Source: Eledone cirrhosa | Taxonomy: Eukaryota | Direction: 5' to 3' | DNA: 64,000 nucleotides | Assembly: GCA_964016885.1 (NCBI GenBank) | Contig: OZ024745.1 | Span: 53,134,001 to 53,198,000, forward strand | Shown here: positions 13,456 through 27,856 of the stretch, in pieces | How positions within the stretch are numbered: the first letter of the stretch is position 1 | Layout: each line of letters begins with the position of its first letter | Notes under the pieces: model-generated | Told to the model about the DNA's origin: nothing | Database searches by the model: none | The model's input: only the letters and a program-made list of their open reading frames with translations | Program-made: the position numbers and the translations under genes

Positions 13456-14220
13456 CTGTTGTATTATTTTCATGAAGCAAACAATGACTGCATAATTAAA
13501 GGATAAAATATAAAAAAATACTTTCATATATGACAAAAATCAAAGTATGCTTAAAAAAGAAGGAAACCACATAGGATTCAAACCAATGCACTCATGTGAT
13601 TCCTATCATATACACCAATGAAAATATAAATACAATATACTGCAAACTCTAGAGCAACCAATGTGTTGTTTTTATCTTCGCTTTCGGTTTTTAATATACT
13701 CACTTCCATTTTTGTTCTATTTTATGAGGTATCATCATATAAAGTTTTCTGAAGTTAAATCCCAATGGTAGATTAAAAACATGCGTCTTTTTAATACCAG
13801 ATATCAAAGTTCTAGCACTTGAGCTGCGTGTGTCATGTCCTCTTTCATGCTACTACCTCTAATAAAGTAAATGTCTCTTTTCTGATTGGTATATTCCACA
13901 CGCAAGCACACACACACACATACACAGACACACACACACACACACAATGACACACCTATGAACACAGACACGAACAAACATATACAAACACACTTACACA
14001 CAGAGACACTCATACACGCACACAAACACATAGGTACATATGTATAGAGTGAGATAGATAAATATACACATATGTACACACACACATCTGTATATATATA
14101 TGTCTATATATATACATATATATATAGATATTTATCGATTTATGAATATATATATGCGTGGGTGTGTGTCTGTGTGTGTTTGCGGGTGTTTGTGTACGTA
14201 TGTAAATGTGCATACATATA

Positions 14221-14254
<34 letters not shown>

Positions 14255-14380
14255 GAGAGAGATATGTAGATATATATATATATATATATAATGTGAGAAA
14301 TGGATAAATAGTTGGATGACTGTTAGACTGATAGATGGATAGATATATAGATGGATAAATAGATAGGTAGATAAACAGAC

Positions 14381-14460
<80 letters not shown>

Positions 14461-14912
14461 TTCTTTTATTTGCCACTAGGGCATCAAAAGTGGGACAAGT
14501 ACAAAGGGGGGAGTTTACACAAAAAGGCGTCCTCAATAAGGAGGAGGCAATAACAAAATATAAAAATAAAATAAGATATAACAAAAAATAAAATTTTTAA
14601 CAAAATCCTCAATAGAGAGGAGGCGCCTTGGGGGGTCGCACACACCCCCGAAAAAAGTGTGCAACCCTTCTCCTCAGGAGCACAGAGAAGGGGTGCTCCC
14701 TTGGTCTTTCATCTTCCTCACCTATAGTCTGATGTAGAGTGAAGGCCCATTCACACGGGCCATTCTCGCCACTTTCACCCATCTTTCATAGAAACGGCTG
14801 GGGTGCAGCACCTCTCTCTCCATCCTGATCCTTCTTCCGAAATGATATCGGAAGAAACGGACCAGTTGTTGGCCAGAGAGAAAGGTGCCCGACCTCAGTC
14901 CTTTCAGACGCG
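14461..14912 (-). mobile_element. Tx1/L1-clade LINE 3' end, 5'-truncated, inside (GATA)n
   Basis: Nearly identical to 20952-21403, with (GATA)n on both sides. Confidence 0.9.
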
Positions 14913-14976
<64 letters not shown>

Positions 14977-15200
14977 GGATAGTATGGGTAATAAGGGTTG
15001 TATAGATACTCAAATTTAACGCAAGTTCAGCGTACAAAGAACCTGGTTTACAGAAATAAAATATATTTTAGTACAAATATATTATTACATATATTTAAGA
15101 GATGTCATGTAAAATAGTCATAAATCCAATATACTGGCGGTGAATGATATAAGAGACGCGGGGAGAGAATGAAACTGAAAGAAAAACATTCATATATATA

Positions 15201-15278
<78 letters not shown>

Positions 15279-15412
15279 AAACATAGATATATACATACAT
15301 ACAGACATATATATATATATGTGTGTGTGTGTCTGTCTTTGTGTGTGGCCGTGTGATGGTATATGAATATATATATATCTATATATGTGTATATATATAT
15401 GTGACATATATA

Positions 15413-15456
<44 letters not shown>

Positions 15457-15468
15457 ACATATATATAT

Positions 15469-15512
<44 letters not shown>

Positions 15513-16290
15513 GGATGCGTACGTGTGTGTGTACGCCTCTCTCTGTATAAGTATGTGTACTGTTTTGAGTGCTTCTGTATGCAGAATTTACATTATATAA
15601 TACAGAATATATAGAATCCATATGAATATATATCTTCTATCATACCACTTGTAATGTGTTTGCGTATTCAGATAAACCAACGGCTTATAGGCATCCTCGG
15701 CTACTTGAAAGGATGGCTTTCGATTCATTTCATTTAAATAGCGTTCAAGCACAACATGTTTTGATTTTAGTAACTGAAATAAAGCTTGTTCTCTCACATG
15801 AATGCTTACTGACTTGAAAGATGCATACTGGATCATGTGGCAAGCATTTGAATGCATCACTGTGTGTATCAAATATATCATTTTGGCAGATTCCATCTGT
15901 AATCTACCTACTGTAATGAGAAATTTTAGCACTAGCAACGAATGAAATATGCCTTGATGTTAGAGTATTTTTGATACATTCAGCTGTATGGATCACACTC
16001 TCTTGGTACCTTTTTATACAATTTGGGGACAATAGAACACGCCGAAACACACTATTCAGATGTATATGAAGGTACAGAATTGTCGATCAGTTGAAGACCG
16101 CGTTTGCATGTATTATTTATGCATCCATATCCCAAATGTTGTGAATTCATATGGCAGTATTTATTAATATATCTTGCAGTTTGATTACATTCTCTTGCGC
16201 GCGCACACACACACACACACATACACACACAAACACACACACACATATATATATTTTAGAAACGGCTTCTGCAGAATTTATTTTAGAAAC

Positions 16291-16460
16291 GGCTTCTGCA
16301 GTAGAACTGTTTCATTCGAAGGAAATCATCAGGAAAGCCCTTACAATGAAACAGTTGTAATCCTGTAGGAACCATTTCTATATTAATTTTTTTGTGTAGA
16401 CACTACTAATGTATTGAGTTCCTTACTTACTGTGGTTGCCCCAGATTGAACCCCTGACTC
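16291..16460. ncRNA. Family 1 HHR on - (16291-16339, GCA at the cleavage triplet) fused head-to-head with a + strand 3' half
   Basis: Minus strand reads GGCTTTC-CTGATGA-tttccttcgaat-GAAA-CAG ttcta CTG-CA-GAAGCC. The plus strand then reads GAAACAG...CTGTAGG followed by the family 1 tail. Confidence 0.6.
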
Positions 16461-17081
16461 ATATATTCAAATTCTGCGTTCATATCCAGCTTTAATTTCG
16501 TTTTACATACTTTATAACAGTACTTGCACAAATCACTCAACTCTGTACTCCAAGTTTAGAAGTGGATATTTCTTTGAGAATATTAATTAACTGTTATTAT
16601 ATCCAAGGAAATAGACAGCTAACAGTTATATATATTATATATTGTCTTTATTTTTTAATGATTAGATATTATGTCACTGAGAATCATAAAAGTTCAGAAT
16701 ATGAACAGTAAAATCGCTCGTTTACATTTTTACGAGGTCACATGTTCTCCCCCTGAAGGAATTGCCTACATAATTTATGCGTCGACATTTCCATAAATTG
16801 ACATGTTTTTCCAGTAGGGTATTGTGTATATAAGTTCCCCCGCCATGTTGTGCGTACATTGTGTATTAAATATACTAATAAAATGTGCATCATATCCCGG
16901 TGAAGTTTCAAATTCAGTAAATATACGCAACTAATCCGGAAACAAATTATTTATAATTATTGTTAATAATATGATTTTAGAAACGATAGAAATTAGCAAA
17001 TGCTAAGGAATCGAACTCTTTTCCAAAGCAAAACCAATAAATGGTGAATAGGAAATGTCAAAAATAAACGTTACTTTCAAT

Positions 17082-17262
17082 CGGTGAATTAGCAGTATCG
17101 GTAGAGGGTCGGATATGCTTTCTAGCATAGTTATGTCACTTTCTGATCTGATTTCAAATCCCGCCAAGGTTAACTTTGCCTTTCATCCATACGGGGTCGA
17201 TAAAATAAAGTACCAGTAATGTACTGGATTATTGCTGGCCTTGTACCAAAAGTAGAAACAAT
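17082..17262 (+). mobile_element. Octopod SINE with an imperfect TSD (TTACTTTCAAT/TTACTTTTAAT)
   Basis: Head, central block and tail are present. Confidence 0.9.
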
Positions 17263-17445
17263 TACTTTTAATACGTTCCAGGTTAATGCTTGCCTGTTAT
17301 CTTTCTACGAACACTAACAATGTAGCTGTATGAGCAGAAATCAAGAATACAATTTTCGACTTACAGTTGCACTCCCTTATAAGACAATAGAAATATTAAT
17401 ATTAATATATATATATATATATATTAATATTCATATTTCTATTGT

Positions 17446-17554
<109 letters not shown>

Positions 17555-18090
17555 GCCGATAATAGCAAGTTACGTGTAATAGAATACAAGATCATAGTTG
17601 AGGGAATCAGAAACTACTAACTCAATTTCCTATTGAAGTTCATTAATTTACCGCATGCATTTATTACATTTGAAGAAAGCTTGATTCTTAGAATATCACA
17701 TTTCCTCTCCCAATAATTGTAATGCATTGTTTTTGCTGGGTCAGTGAAAAGCAATATTACAAGCATTGGTAGTGAAATAGTTCCATAATCATTTGTAGAC
17801 TTGTTTTAAAGTATATTTCTTAAGCAGTAATCATGTAAGTAGATTACTTTCGTGTAAGTCTGGATCATGTCCGAAAAATCTGACTGACGTATTGAATCAG
17901 ACCTCCTTATAACATACACACACACACAAGCACATACAACACACATACGTATAATATATACAGACACATGCACATTCATATTTACATACTAACTTAGATA
18001 TTCATACACACATACATACATACATATATATATATAAATGTGTATATATATATATATGTATGTATGTATATATATACACATATATATGTG

Positions 18091-18131
<41 letters not shown>

Positions 18132-18311
18132 GTGCATTATTCCACCAATGAACACTAATCATCTTTGCACGATGCAGGGAAATTGTGTCAAACGCGATTA
18201 CTGACTAAATTCTTCACTTATTGGTCATGAATATACAGACACAGACACACACGTGCACATACGCACACACGCACACACACACGCACAAACACACACACAC
18301 ACACACACGCA

Positions 18312-18358
<47 letters not shown>

Positions 18359-18577
18359 GCACTCACACATACACACACGCACATACATACATATATACGC
18401 GTGCATATAGGCCGGCGGACACGTCATTTTTGAGTGAATGTATGGATATTTGTATACGAATGTATATATAGAGAGACGTAGATAAATAGATTGATAGATA
18501 TCTTTTTTTTGATTGATAGATAAATAATAGAGAAATTGATAAATAAATAGATAGATAGATGGATAGATAGATAGATA

Positions 18578-20801
18578 AATTTCTTTATTAGCCACAAGGG
18601 CACAAAAGAAGGGGACGAATACAAATGGGGAGTTTACATACAGGTATATGAAAATAAAAATATTAATAAAATAACAAATAACAATTGAAATCCCCAATAT
18701 GGGGGGAGGCGTACACAGGGGTTGTACACACCCCGAAAAAATGTACAACCCTCATCTCCAGGAGCACCAAAAGTCAGTACTCCCCTCCTCTCTTCCTCTT
18801 TTTCCTCAACCTACAGGCTTATGTAGAGAGAAGGCCCAACCACTCGGGCCATCTTTGCCACATTCACCCACCTTTTATAAAATTTGCTCTGGTACAGCAC
18901 CTCTCTCACCATCCTGATTCTTCTTCCAAAATGATATTTGAAAAAACGAATCTGTTGTTCGCCGGAGAGAAAGGTGTCTGATCTCAGCCCTTTTAACCTC
19001 GTCCACCATATAACCTCTTTCACCATAGCCATAACACATAGGAAAACCGCCTCTCCTTCGTTTCTGAATGAGGGTGGCGGTTTCATAATGACAATGGACT
19101 CGGTGGTCAACTGGATTGGTCCCAGCCGCGACAAAAGTCGTTCTACATAGTCCCACAGGTCGGTAACGCCCGGGCAGTGTACAAATGCGTGCGCGACGGT
19201 TTCCTCGTCGCGCACACATCTCGGGCAGATCTTTTTCGCAGGGTCCCTGCCCGGGCGCCCGTGTCGGTAGAGCTTGTCTCGAACTGGTAGAGCTCCTCAG
19301 TAGCACTGCCAGGCCAGGGACTTTTGGAGGTTGTCCTTCGGTCCTGGGCTGAATGTCCTACCGAACAGACTGTCGCACTTGCTGCTCACCAACCCTCTAT
19401 AGAATGACGAAGTTGAGTCCCCACTGATCGCCGGATACGTTTGCCAGAGGACTGTGAGCGCCTGAACACATTCGATGTGCCAGTCACCCATTTTCCTCAG
19501 GATTTGCATGACCCAGCACTGCAGTTCGGTCAGCGAGACGAGTCGTGGGAAGGCTCACCTCACGAACGGGGCCCACACCAGGTTGTCTGGTGAGGAATAC
19601 GTGGAGGTGCCGGAGCCTGAGCGCGTGTTTGCGTATCGTCAGACACGGCAGCCCCAGCCCTCCGTTTGAAGGGTGTTGGCAGCAGATGGATATTCTCACC
19701 AAAGGAGCCCGTTTCTTCCAAAGGAATTGAAAGAGCGCGCGCTCCATTTTGGTAATCGCTTGGCTGGGCAAGGAACGACGGTCAAGCGGTAGTAGATGAC
19801 GGACGCTATAAAAGTGTTCGCCACCTCCGCTCGACCTTTCAAGGATAGTTTGCACTCGGCCCCTTTCTGGGTGAGCGCAAACACCTTGGCTGTCACCTCG
19901 TTCCAGTTCTTCTCTATCTGGAGGTCCGGACCAAACCAGACCCCGAGCAGAATTACCGGTCCTTCCGTCCAGCGTCCGACGACGCCATCGGAAGGCATCG
20001 GTTTGCCTCTCCGCGTTCCGAGTTGCAAACCGACGGATTTGTCCCAGTTCAGCTTCGCTCCTGTGAACCTTTTGTATTCCTTCAGTAAGGTGCCGACCTC
20101 CCCATTTTGCGAGGTGCTCGACACCATTACTGTCACGCCGCTTTTCACAGTACCGGTTCCAAAGGGATGCTCTGCAATAGCTCCAACTTCCGCAGTAGTG
20201 GCTCGAGAGTCAGTACGTACAGAAGGGAGGAGAGAGGGCATTCCTGTCGGATGGATCGCGTGATATGGAACGGGTCTGAGAGGTAGCCGTTCACCGTGAC
20301 CCTTGAGCAGATGTTGCTGCTGTGCATTGCAGCAATCCAGCCCCTTAACACGGGTCCGAAGCCTGCCGCCTTGAGCACCGCATCCAGGTAACGATGGTCA
20401 ACTCTATCGAAAGACTTAGACTGATCCAAGTTGATCAGGGCCCCACCGAAGCCGGGTTTACACCCTACCCTCTCTATGATGTATCGCATGAGGTGGAGGT
20501 TGTCGTGTATGGACCTGGTCGGGATTGCGCATGTCTGCGCTTCTCCCACCAGGTTTTTGACGACAAGCGCCAGCCTCTTTGCCAACACCTTGGCCAAAAT
20601 CTGTAACTCTGTGTTTAGTAGAGTTATGGGCCGGAAGTTGCCTATGTTATCCCCCTTATTCTCGTCCTTCCTGACTAACGTGACTACACCCTTGGTCACA
20701 GAACTGGGAATTCTCCCGTTCTGCTGCTAGTTGCAGTAGACCGCTTCCAGGAGATCGGAGAACAAGTCCGGCATTGCTACGTAAAATTCGTAGGGTAGAC
20801 C
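18578..20801 (-). mobile_element. Tx1/L1-clade LINE, 5'-truncated ORF2 (RT plus C-terminal zinc finger), frameshifted
   Basis: GLPYEFY, NFRPITLLNTE, LDQSKSFDRVDH, RQECPLS, LLGVWFG, LSLKGRAEVAN, GGLGLP and CPRC..DEETVAHAFVHC; (GATA)n at both ends. Confidence 0.93.
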
Positions 20802-20813
20802 GATGGATAGATG

Positions 20814-20880
<67 letters not shown>

Positions 20881-20897
20881 GGATAGATGGATAGATG

Positions 20898-20949
<52 letters not shown>

Positions 20950-20951
20950 TA

Positions 20952-21921
20952 TTTCTTTTATTTGCCACTAGGGCATCAAAAGTGGGACAAGTACAAAGGG
21001 GGGAGTTTACACAAAAAGGCGTCCTCAATAAGGAGAAGGCAATAACAAAATATAAAAATAAAATAAGATATAACAAAAAATAAAATTTTTAACAAAATCC
21101 TCAATAGAGAGGAGGCGCCTTGGGGGGTCGCACACACCCCCGAAAAAAGTGTGCAACCCTTCTCCTCAGGAGCACAGAGAAGGGGTGCTCCCTTGGTCTT
21201 TCATCTTCCTCACCTATAGTCTGATGTAGAGTGAAGGCCCATTCACACGGGCCATTCTCGCCACTTTCACCCATCTTTCATAGAAACGGCTGGGGTGCAG
21301 CACCTCTCTCTCCATCCTGATCCTTCTTCCGAAATGATATCGGAAGAAACGGACCAGTTGTTGGCCAGAGAGAAAGGTGCCCGACCTCAGTCCTTTCAGA
21401 CGCGTCCACCATACAACCTCTTTCGCCATGGCTATTACGCACAGAAACACCGCCTCTGCTTCATCTTTGAAGGGGGGAGGCGGCTTGATCATTACAATAG
21501 ACTCGGTGGTCAACCGGATCGGTCCCACCCTTGACAGCAGTTGTTCGACATAGCCCCACAGATCGGCTACGCCCGAGCAGTGTACTAATGCGTGTGCAAC
21601 GGTTTCCTCGTCGCACACGCATCTGGGACAGATCTTTTTGGCGGGGTCCCTACCCGGGCGCCCGTGTCTGTAGAGCCTTTCTCGAACGGGTAAAGCCCCT
21701 CGGTAGCACTGCCAGGCCAGGGACTTCTGGAAGTTGTCCATAGGTCCCGGGCTAAATGTCCTACCGAAAAGGCTGGCCAGTTCGTCCTCCTCCATGTCTA
21801 GGGCTTCTCCGAGGGCGTCGTCGCACCTGCTGCGTACCAGCCCTCTATAGAATGTTGCGGTGGAGTCTCCACTGATAACCGGATCCGCCTGCCAGAGGGC
21901 GGTGAGCGCCTGGGCACACTC
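20952..21921 (-). mobile_element. Tx1/L1-clade LINE 3' portion (second subfamily), open ORF2 C-terminus
   Basis: Uninterrupted ...ALPVRERL...CPRCVCDEETVAHALVHC...WWTR. AATAAA lies just before the (CTAT)n junction. Confidence 0.93.
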
Positions 21922-21957
<36 letters not shown>

Positions 21958-22211
21958 GGATAGATAGCAGAAAACACGGATGCAGATAGACATTGACAGA
22001 CTTGTAGATGAAATCATTAAATTTAGGTTAATTTGAATTGGACTTCACTCAGTCGAAGCAGCTGTTTGCGTAGAAATCAGAGAACAAAGAAGAGTACAAC
22101 ATTCGATCTGCTCATTTATTGAAGACAACTATTGCTATATGGGTTTCTTGTCTAGGAATACAATTATATACACGTTTAACCTGTCTGGATTACAGCATAT
22201 ATATATATATG

Positions 22212-22410
22212 GAGTGGTGGACTGGCCAGGTTGCCAGGTTGCCCAATGGCCAGTGGGCTCTAGAGGGCCCACGGTAGCATTGCCGGGACCCACAGTAGCA
22301 TTGCAGGGCCCACTGAATATTTTAGGGACCAATGCTTTGCTTTCAAAAAATACCTGAAGTCTAAGAGAAAGAATAATTTTTTTTAATAAATAGAACAATT
22401 AAGCAAAGGG
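22212..22410 (+). mobile_element. DNA transposon end fragment (second copy 23376-23580)
   Basis: Two diverged copies begin (CA)GTG(G/A)TGGACTGGCCAG and carry GGGCCC subterminal repeats, hAT-like. Confidence 0.55.
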
Positions 22411-22509
22411 AATTAACAGAAATAAACATGGATTACAAGTCTATACAGATTAGAAATATATAGTCTATACAGATGAGAAACAAAACGAGGATGTAGTTTA
22501 TAGAACACC

Positions 22510-22960
22510 CAAATGATTTAGAAGTCGACTTTAAGTAGGAGTAATGACATTAAGAAAGACATGAACGACACCACATCATTTTGTTTTGAAAATTTTGAAA
22601 GTAGATTTATAAGTATGGATTTTCATAAGTTTTTCGTAGTTGTCTCAGTGGCAACAGGGTATTATAATCGGTGGCAATCCTGGTCTTGGGTTCAATCCTA
22701 GTCAAGAGGTGCATGTAATGTTTTTCAGTTTTTATTTTTCATCCCATATAAAAAACACTACTCCCGACCAGGATCGAACTTCAGACCATGATCACCACCG
22801 TCTGCGATTCCACCAACTAGGCCGCCGAGACAGTTACAAAATGTGTAATGAAAATTAATAATTATAATCCTACTTTCAAAATTAAAGTCAAAAAGGTGTA
22901 TTGTCATTCATGGGTTTCCTAGAGCTATTAGTCATATTTAGAGTCAATCTTCTGGCTCTT
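22510..22960. repeat. Degenerate fold-back element with a tRNA-like cassette in each arm (22643-22708 +; 22761-22830 -)
   Basis: Arms are reverse-complementary. The minus cassette has GGCCTAGTTGG (A box), GTTCGATCC (B box) and a TCTCGGC/GTCGGGA acceptor-like stem. Confidence 0.55.
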
Positions 22961-23031
22961 TGGTAACAATTTTATTATATCTATGTGTGTTTAACTGTTG
23001 AATTGATTTAATTTGATTATTTTAACAAACA

Positions 23032-23106
<75 letters not shown>

Positions 23107-23701
23107 TATATATATATATCGTTTCTGAATTTGTTTAGCAATATTCTTTATCTGAAAACGTGTGTTGAAACCGATATTGTTATACTTTGGGAGGGTCATG
23201 TTGCCAATCAGAAACACACGCACCAGTTGCTTTCACTCCAATGTATTATAAATTAAATTTATAAATTTAAGAATTTATAAATTTCCGGTTGGTTGGCTGG
23301 TTCCACAACCGAACGGTTGTTCATATATTGTCAAAGTTCTTTCGTCACACATTCTGTGACCTCTTCATATATTTACAGTGATGGACTGGCCAGTTTGTCA
23401 GGTTGCCCAATAGCAAGTGTGCCCTAGGTGGCCCACGGTAGTATTGCAGGGGCCCATAGTAGCATTGCAAAAGTCACTGTAGTATTTTAGGGGGCAAATA
23501 CCTAGCTTTCAAAAAATACCTGAAGACTAAGAGAAAGAATAAAATTACTTTTACAATAAATAAAACCATTAAGTAAAGCATTTAGTCAAACAATTTCCCA
23601 AGGAATTACTTGAAACCAAAATGATAGTGCAAATAACTGGAATCAGTGGTTGTACATTCTACTAAATCTAAAGCTTAGTGTATTCATACATATATAGACA
23701 A

Positions 23702-23805
<104 letters not shown>

Positions 23806-23904
23806 AGAGACATACATATATAGACACAGACACACAAGCATATATATTTATATATGTGTGTGTGTGCAGAGGGAGAGGGGGAGAGAGAAATTAATGGATG
23901 GATA

Positions 23905-24046
23905 GGTTTATCTCGAGTTAAATCGGGGGTAACCACAATTGAGTAAGTGAGGTACTCAATTCGAAGCAGTGTAGAAATCATCAGGAAGCCCCTAATGACT
24001 TCGCCCGAATGAAACAGTTCTACTCCTGTAGAAGCCATTTCTATAT

Positions 24047-24050
<4 letters not shown>
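23905..24050. repeat. Rearranged, inverted family 1 pLTR/HHR relic
   Basis: Minus-strand tail and CTGATGA half, followed on + by CTAATGA-cTTCgcccGAAt-GAAACAG..CTGTA-GAAGCC. Confidence 0.6.
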
Positions 24051-24083
<33 letters not shown>

Positions 24084-24179
24084 TTAGACATACACATGAA
24101 CTACTGACCAAATAATGTTTGGTGTCAATCGGTTAAAGACATCTGTCAAATCAATTAGTGGCGAAGGTGGTATATATAT

Positions 24180-25068
<889 letters not shown>

Positions 25069-25112
25069 TCGTTTCTGAATTATTGGCAACATCACCCTCC
25101 CAAAGTAGAACA

Positions 25113-25195
<83 letters not shown>

Positions 25196-25355
25196 GAAGT
25201 TGGAAATAACACGGGAGATATATTTAAGGGTCTGTTTTTCATTTTGATTCGTCAAAGTGACATTATTGAAAAGATAGTGTTATTAAAAAAATAATGTTAT
25301 TAAAAAAAGAGAAGGGCAATTCTTTTTTTTTATGAAGTATATAAAGTATATGAGA

Positions 25356-25398
25356 AAATTACCGGTTTCGATGTATTAAGATCCATCTTGTCAAATGT
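25356..25398 (-). ncRNA. Minimal HHR with a variant U3:A8 core
   Basis: acat-TTGACAA-GATG gatcttaata CATC-GAAA-C CG G-TA-attt, with palindromic ACCGGT stem III; stem I is weak. Confidence 0.55.
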
Positions 25399-25767
25399 AG
25401 TGTAAAAAGTTAATTAAAAAGAGTTGTTAGGAGTAAAAAAGGAAAGGTTTAAAATAAAAATAAAAATCGTATATTTGAGTAATTTTTCTTACATCATGCT
25501 TCCTGAAAAGTTGGTTGGAAATGAGAACAAGTTGTTTACTTGCAAGGGAGGAAGTTGGTGAAGAAAAATTACTCAAACATTCGATTTTGATTTTAATTTT
25601 AAACCTTTCTTTTTTTTACGCGTATCAACTCTTTTTAATTAACTTTTTAAGATGGATCTTAATACATCGAAACCGGTAATTTTCTCATATACTTTATATA
25701 CTTCATAAAACATTTTTTAAAAAAGAATTGTCCCCCTCCTCTTTTAATAACATTATCTTTTTAATAA

Positions 25768-25852
25768 CTTTGCTTTCATCCACACGGGTCGATAAAATAA
25801 AGTACCAGTAATGTACTGGATAATTGCTGGCCTTGTGCCAAAACTAGAAACA
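25768..25852 (+). mobile_element. Truncated SINE with a 16-bp TSD ATTATCTTTTTAATAA
   Basis: TSD at 25752-25767 and 25853-25868. Confidence 0.88.
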
Positions 25853-26004
25853 ATTATCTTTTTAATAAAACTATCTTTTCAATAATTTCACTTTGACGAA
25901 TCAAAAAAGAAAAACAGACCCTTAAATATATCTCCCATTCTATTTCCAAGTTCATCTTTTCTCTATATCAACAGTTTTGTATAGAACCTCACTTCCCTTT
26001 CCTA

Positions 26005-26103
<99 letters not shown>

Positions 26104-27617
26104 CAATGTCAATTAAATCCCTAAGGATTATTGTACAAGTTGAAAACATGTTATGTATACAAATATATATAAATATATATATACACATGTACATGCACAC
26201 ATGCACCTCATCCCGCCCCCATATATATATATATATATATATGTGTGTGTATATATATATATATATGTATATATTGGGTGAGTCTGAAATACCAAAGGTC
26301 ATTATTGAAAGTCTCTGGATTTCGCAAAATACATATTTATTTTTGGAGAAGGTAAGATATATTTCTGCAAAAATTTAATTGCACTGTTTTGCTTCCATTT
26401 ATGTATTTTTTGAAAATGTTATTTATTCATTATAAAAGTTAAATGATAGCATTCTATATGTCGGTGGACCCCCTTCATCTCCTAGCAACCAATATTTGTA
26501 GACCCTGTCCGCCACTGTATATGTGTTTGTGTGCGTCCGTGTGTGTGTGTGTGTGCTGTAATGTATATTTCTAATATAGTCACACTCGACTGTAATCCTA
26601 AATATCGAGCACTTTGTTTAATAATGGTCTTACTAGTTTAACTGGTTTTATACATATATATATATATATATTGATATTGATATCGTTATTTTTGTTTAGG
26701 CTCAGGTCACCAGTGATTGATGCCTAGAACCATAGGTGTCATAACCATAGGTAACCCATGCATTAGATGTATGTGGGAGTAAATCATATAATGCCTTATG
26801 TCTTTATATGAGAAGATAAATTATAGTTTGACGTGGACTAGTTAGTTACTTCTAGTTAGTCATGTGACAATATAGAGGTATCTTCGTTGGTTTCTGTACC
26901 TCCAGCTGTGAAAATATATAGTAATCTGTGTAGTATAAACAAGACGTCTCATGTCTTGCAGTATTTGTTTCGGCTCTCTACACCCTACGTTAAAATCCTG
27001 ACAAGGTCAATGTTAAAAAATAACCAGTCTAGTGCTGATTTGATTCTTCTTCAATATCTCTTTCTTCATTCCATTCGCACACTCTTTGTCCTTCACTGGA
27101 AGAAATCTGCTGTATTCAGACCTGCCGGAGAGATGGGCCTCGCCAGATTTTATATATGCTCTAGAAACGCCGTATTTCAATATGGTGACTTTACGACCCC
27201 CTCAAGAGTTACGGAGCCAGAAATAAATTAATAAACAAGACATCCGCTATTTACTGACAAATCTATGGTTGTAACATGTGAGACATGTTATATATATGCA
27301 TGTGTTGAAACGGTGGATGGTGAAAGGTGAAATGATGTGAAAATAAATTAAATCAGTTATTGATAATATATGGAACATACCCAGAGTTAAATAAAAATGT
27401 GGAATGATATACAGAAAAAAATGTTATAGATTGAAACGAAAATAATCAAAATATAATAAAATTATATGCGTATGTGTGTAGATGTACATATCAATGTGGA
27501 TACGAGCAGTTGCTTTTGTGTATGTTTGTCCGTATATGTGTTAGTATTAGAAAATGTGTCCACCTGATTTTATGCAAGTTCAAATACAAGTGAGAAGAAA
27601 TATAGGATGTAGTAAAG

Positions 27618-27662
<45 letters not shown>

Positions 27663-27673
27663 ATATATATATG

Positions 27674-27720
<47 letters not shown>

Positions 27721-27739
27721 ATATATATGTATGTATATA

Positions 27740-27786
<47 letters not shown>

Positions 27787-27801
27787 GTATGTATATATAT
27801 G

Positions 27802-27856
<55 letters not shown>

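Larger units (their letters stand above)
25190..25960. repeat. ~300-bp-arm inverted repeat (25190-25495 / 25558-25960)
   Basis: Reverse-complement arms; the right arm is interrupted by a SINE. Confidence 0.88.

Noticed and set aside
15588-15938. 116-aa non-repetitive ORF
   Set aside because: No recognisable domain; may be an old transposon relic.
26900-27230. Possible Tc1/mariner C-terminal relic on - (SPAGLNTADFF); similar at 16730-16850
   Set aside because: A single weak motif and no TIRs.
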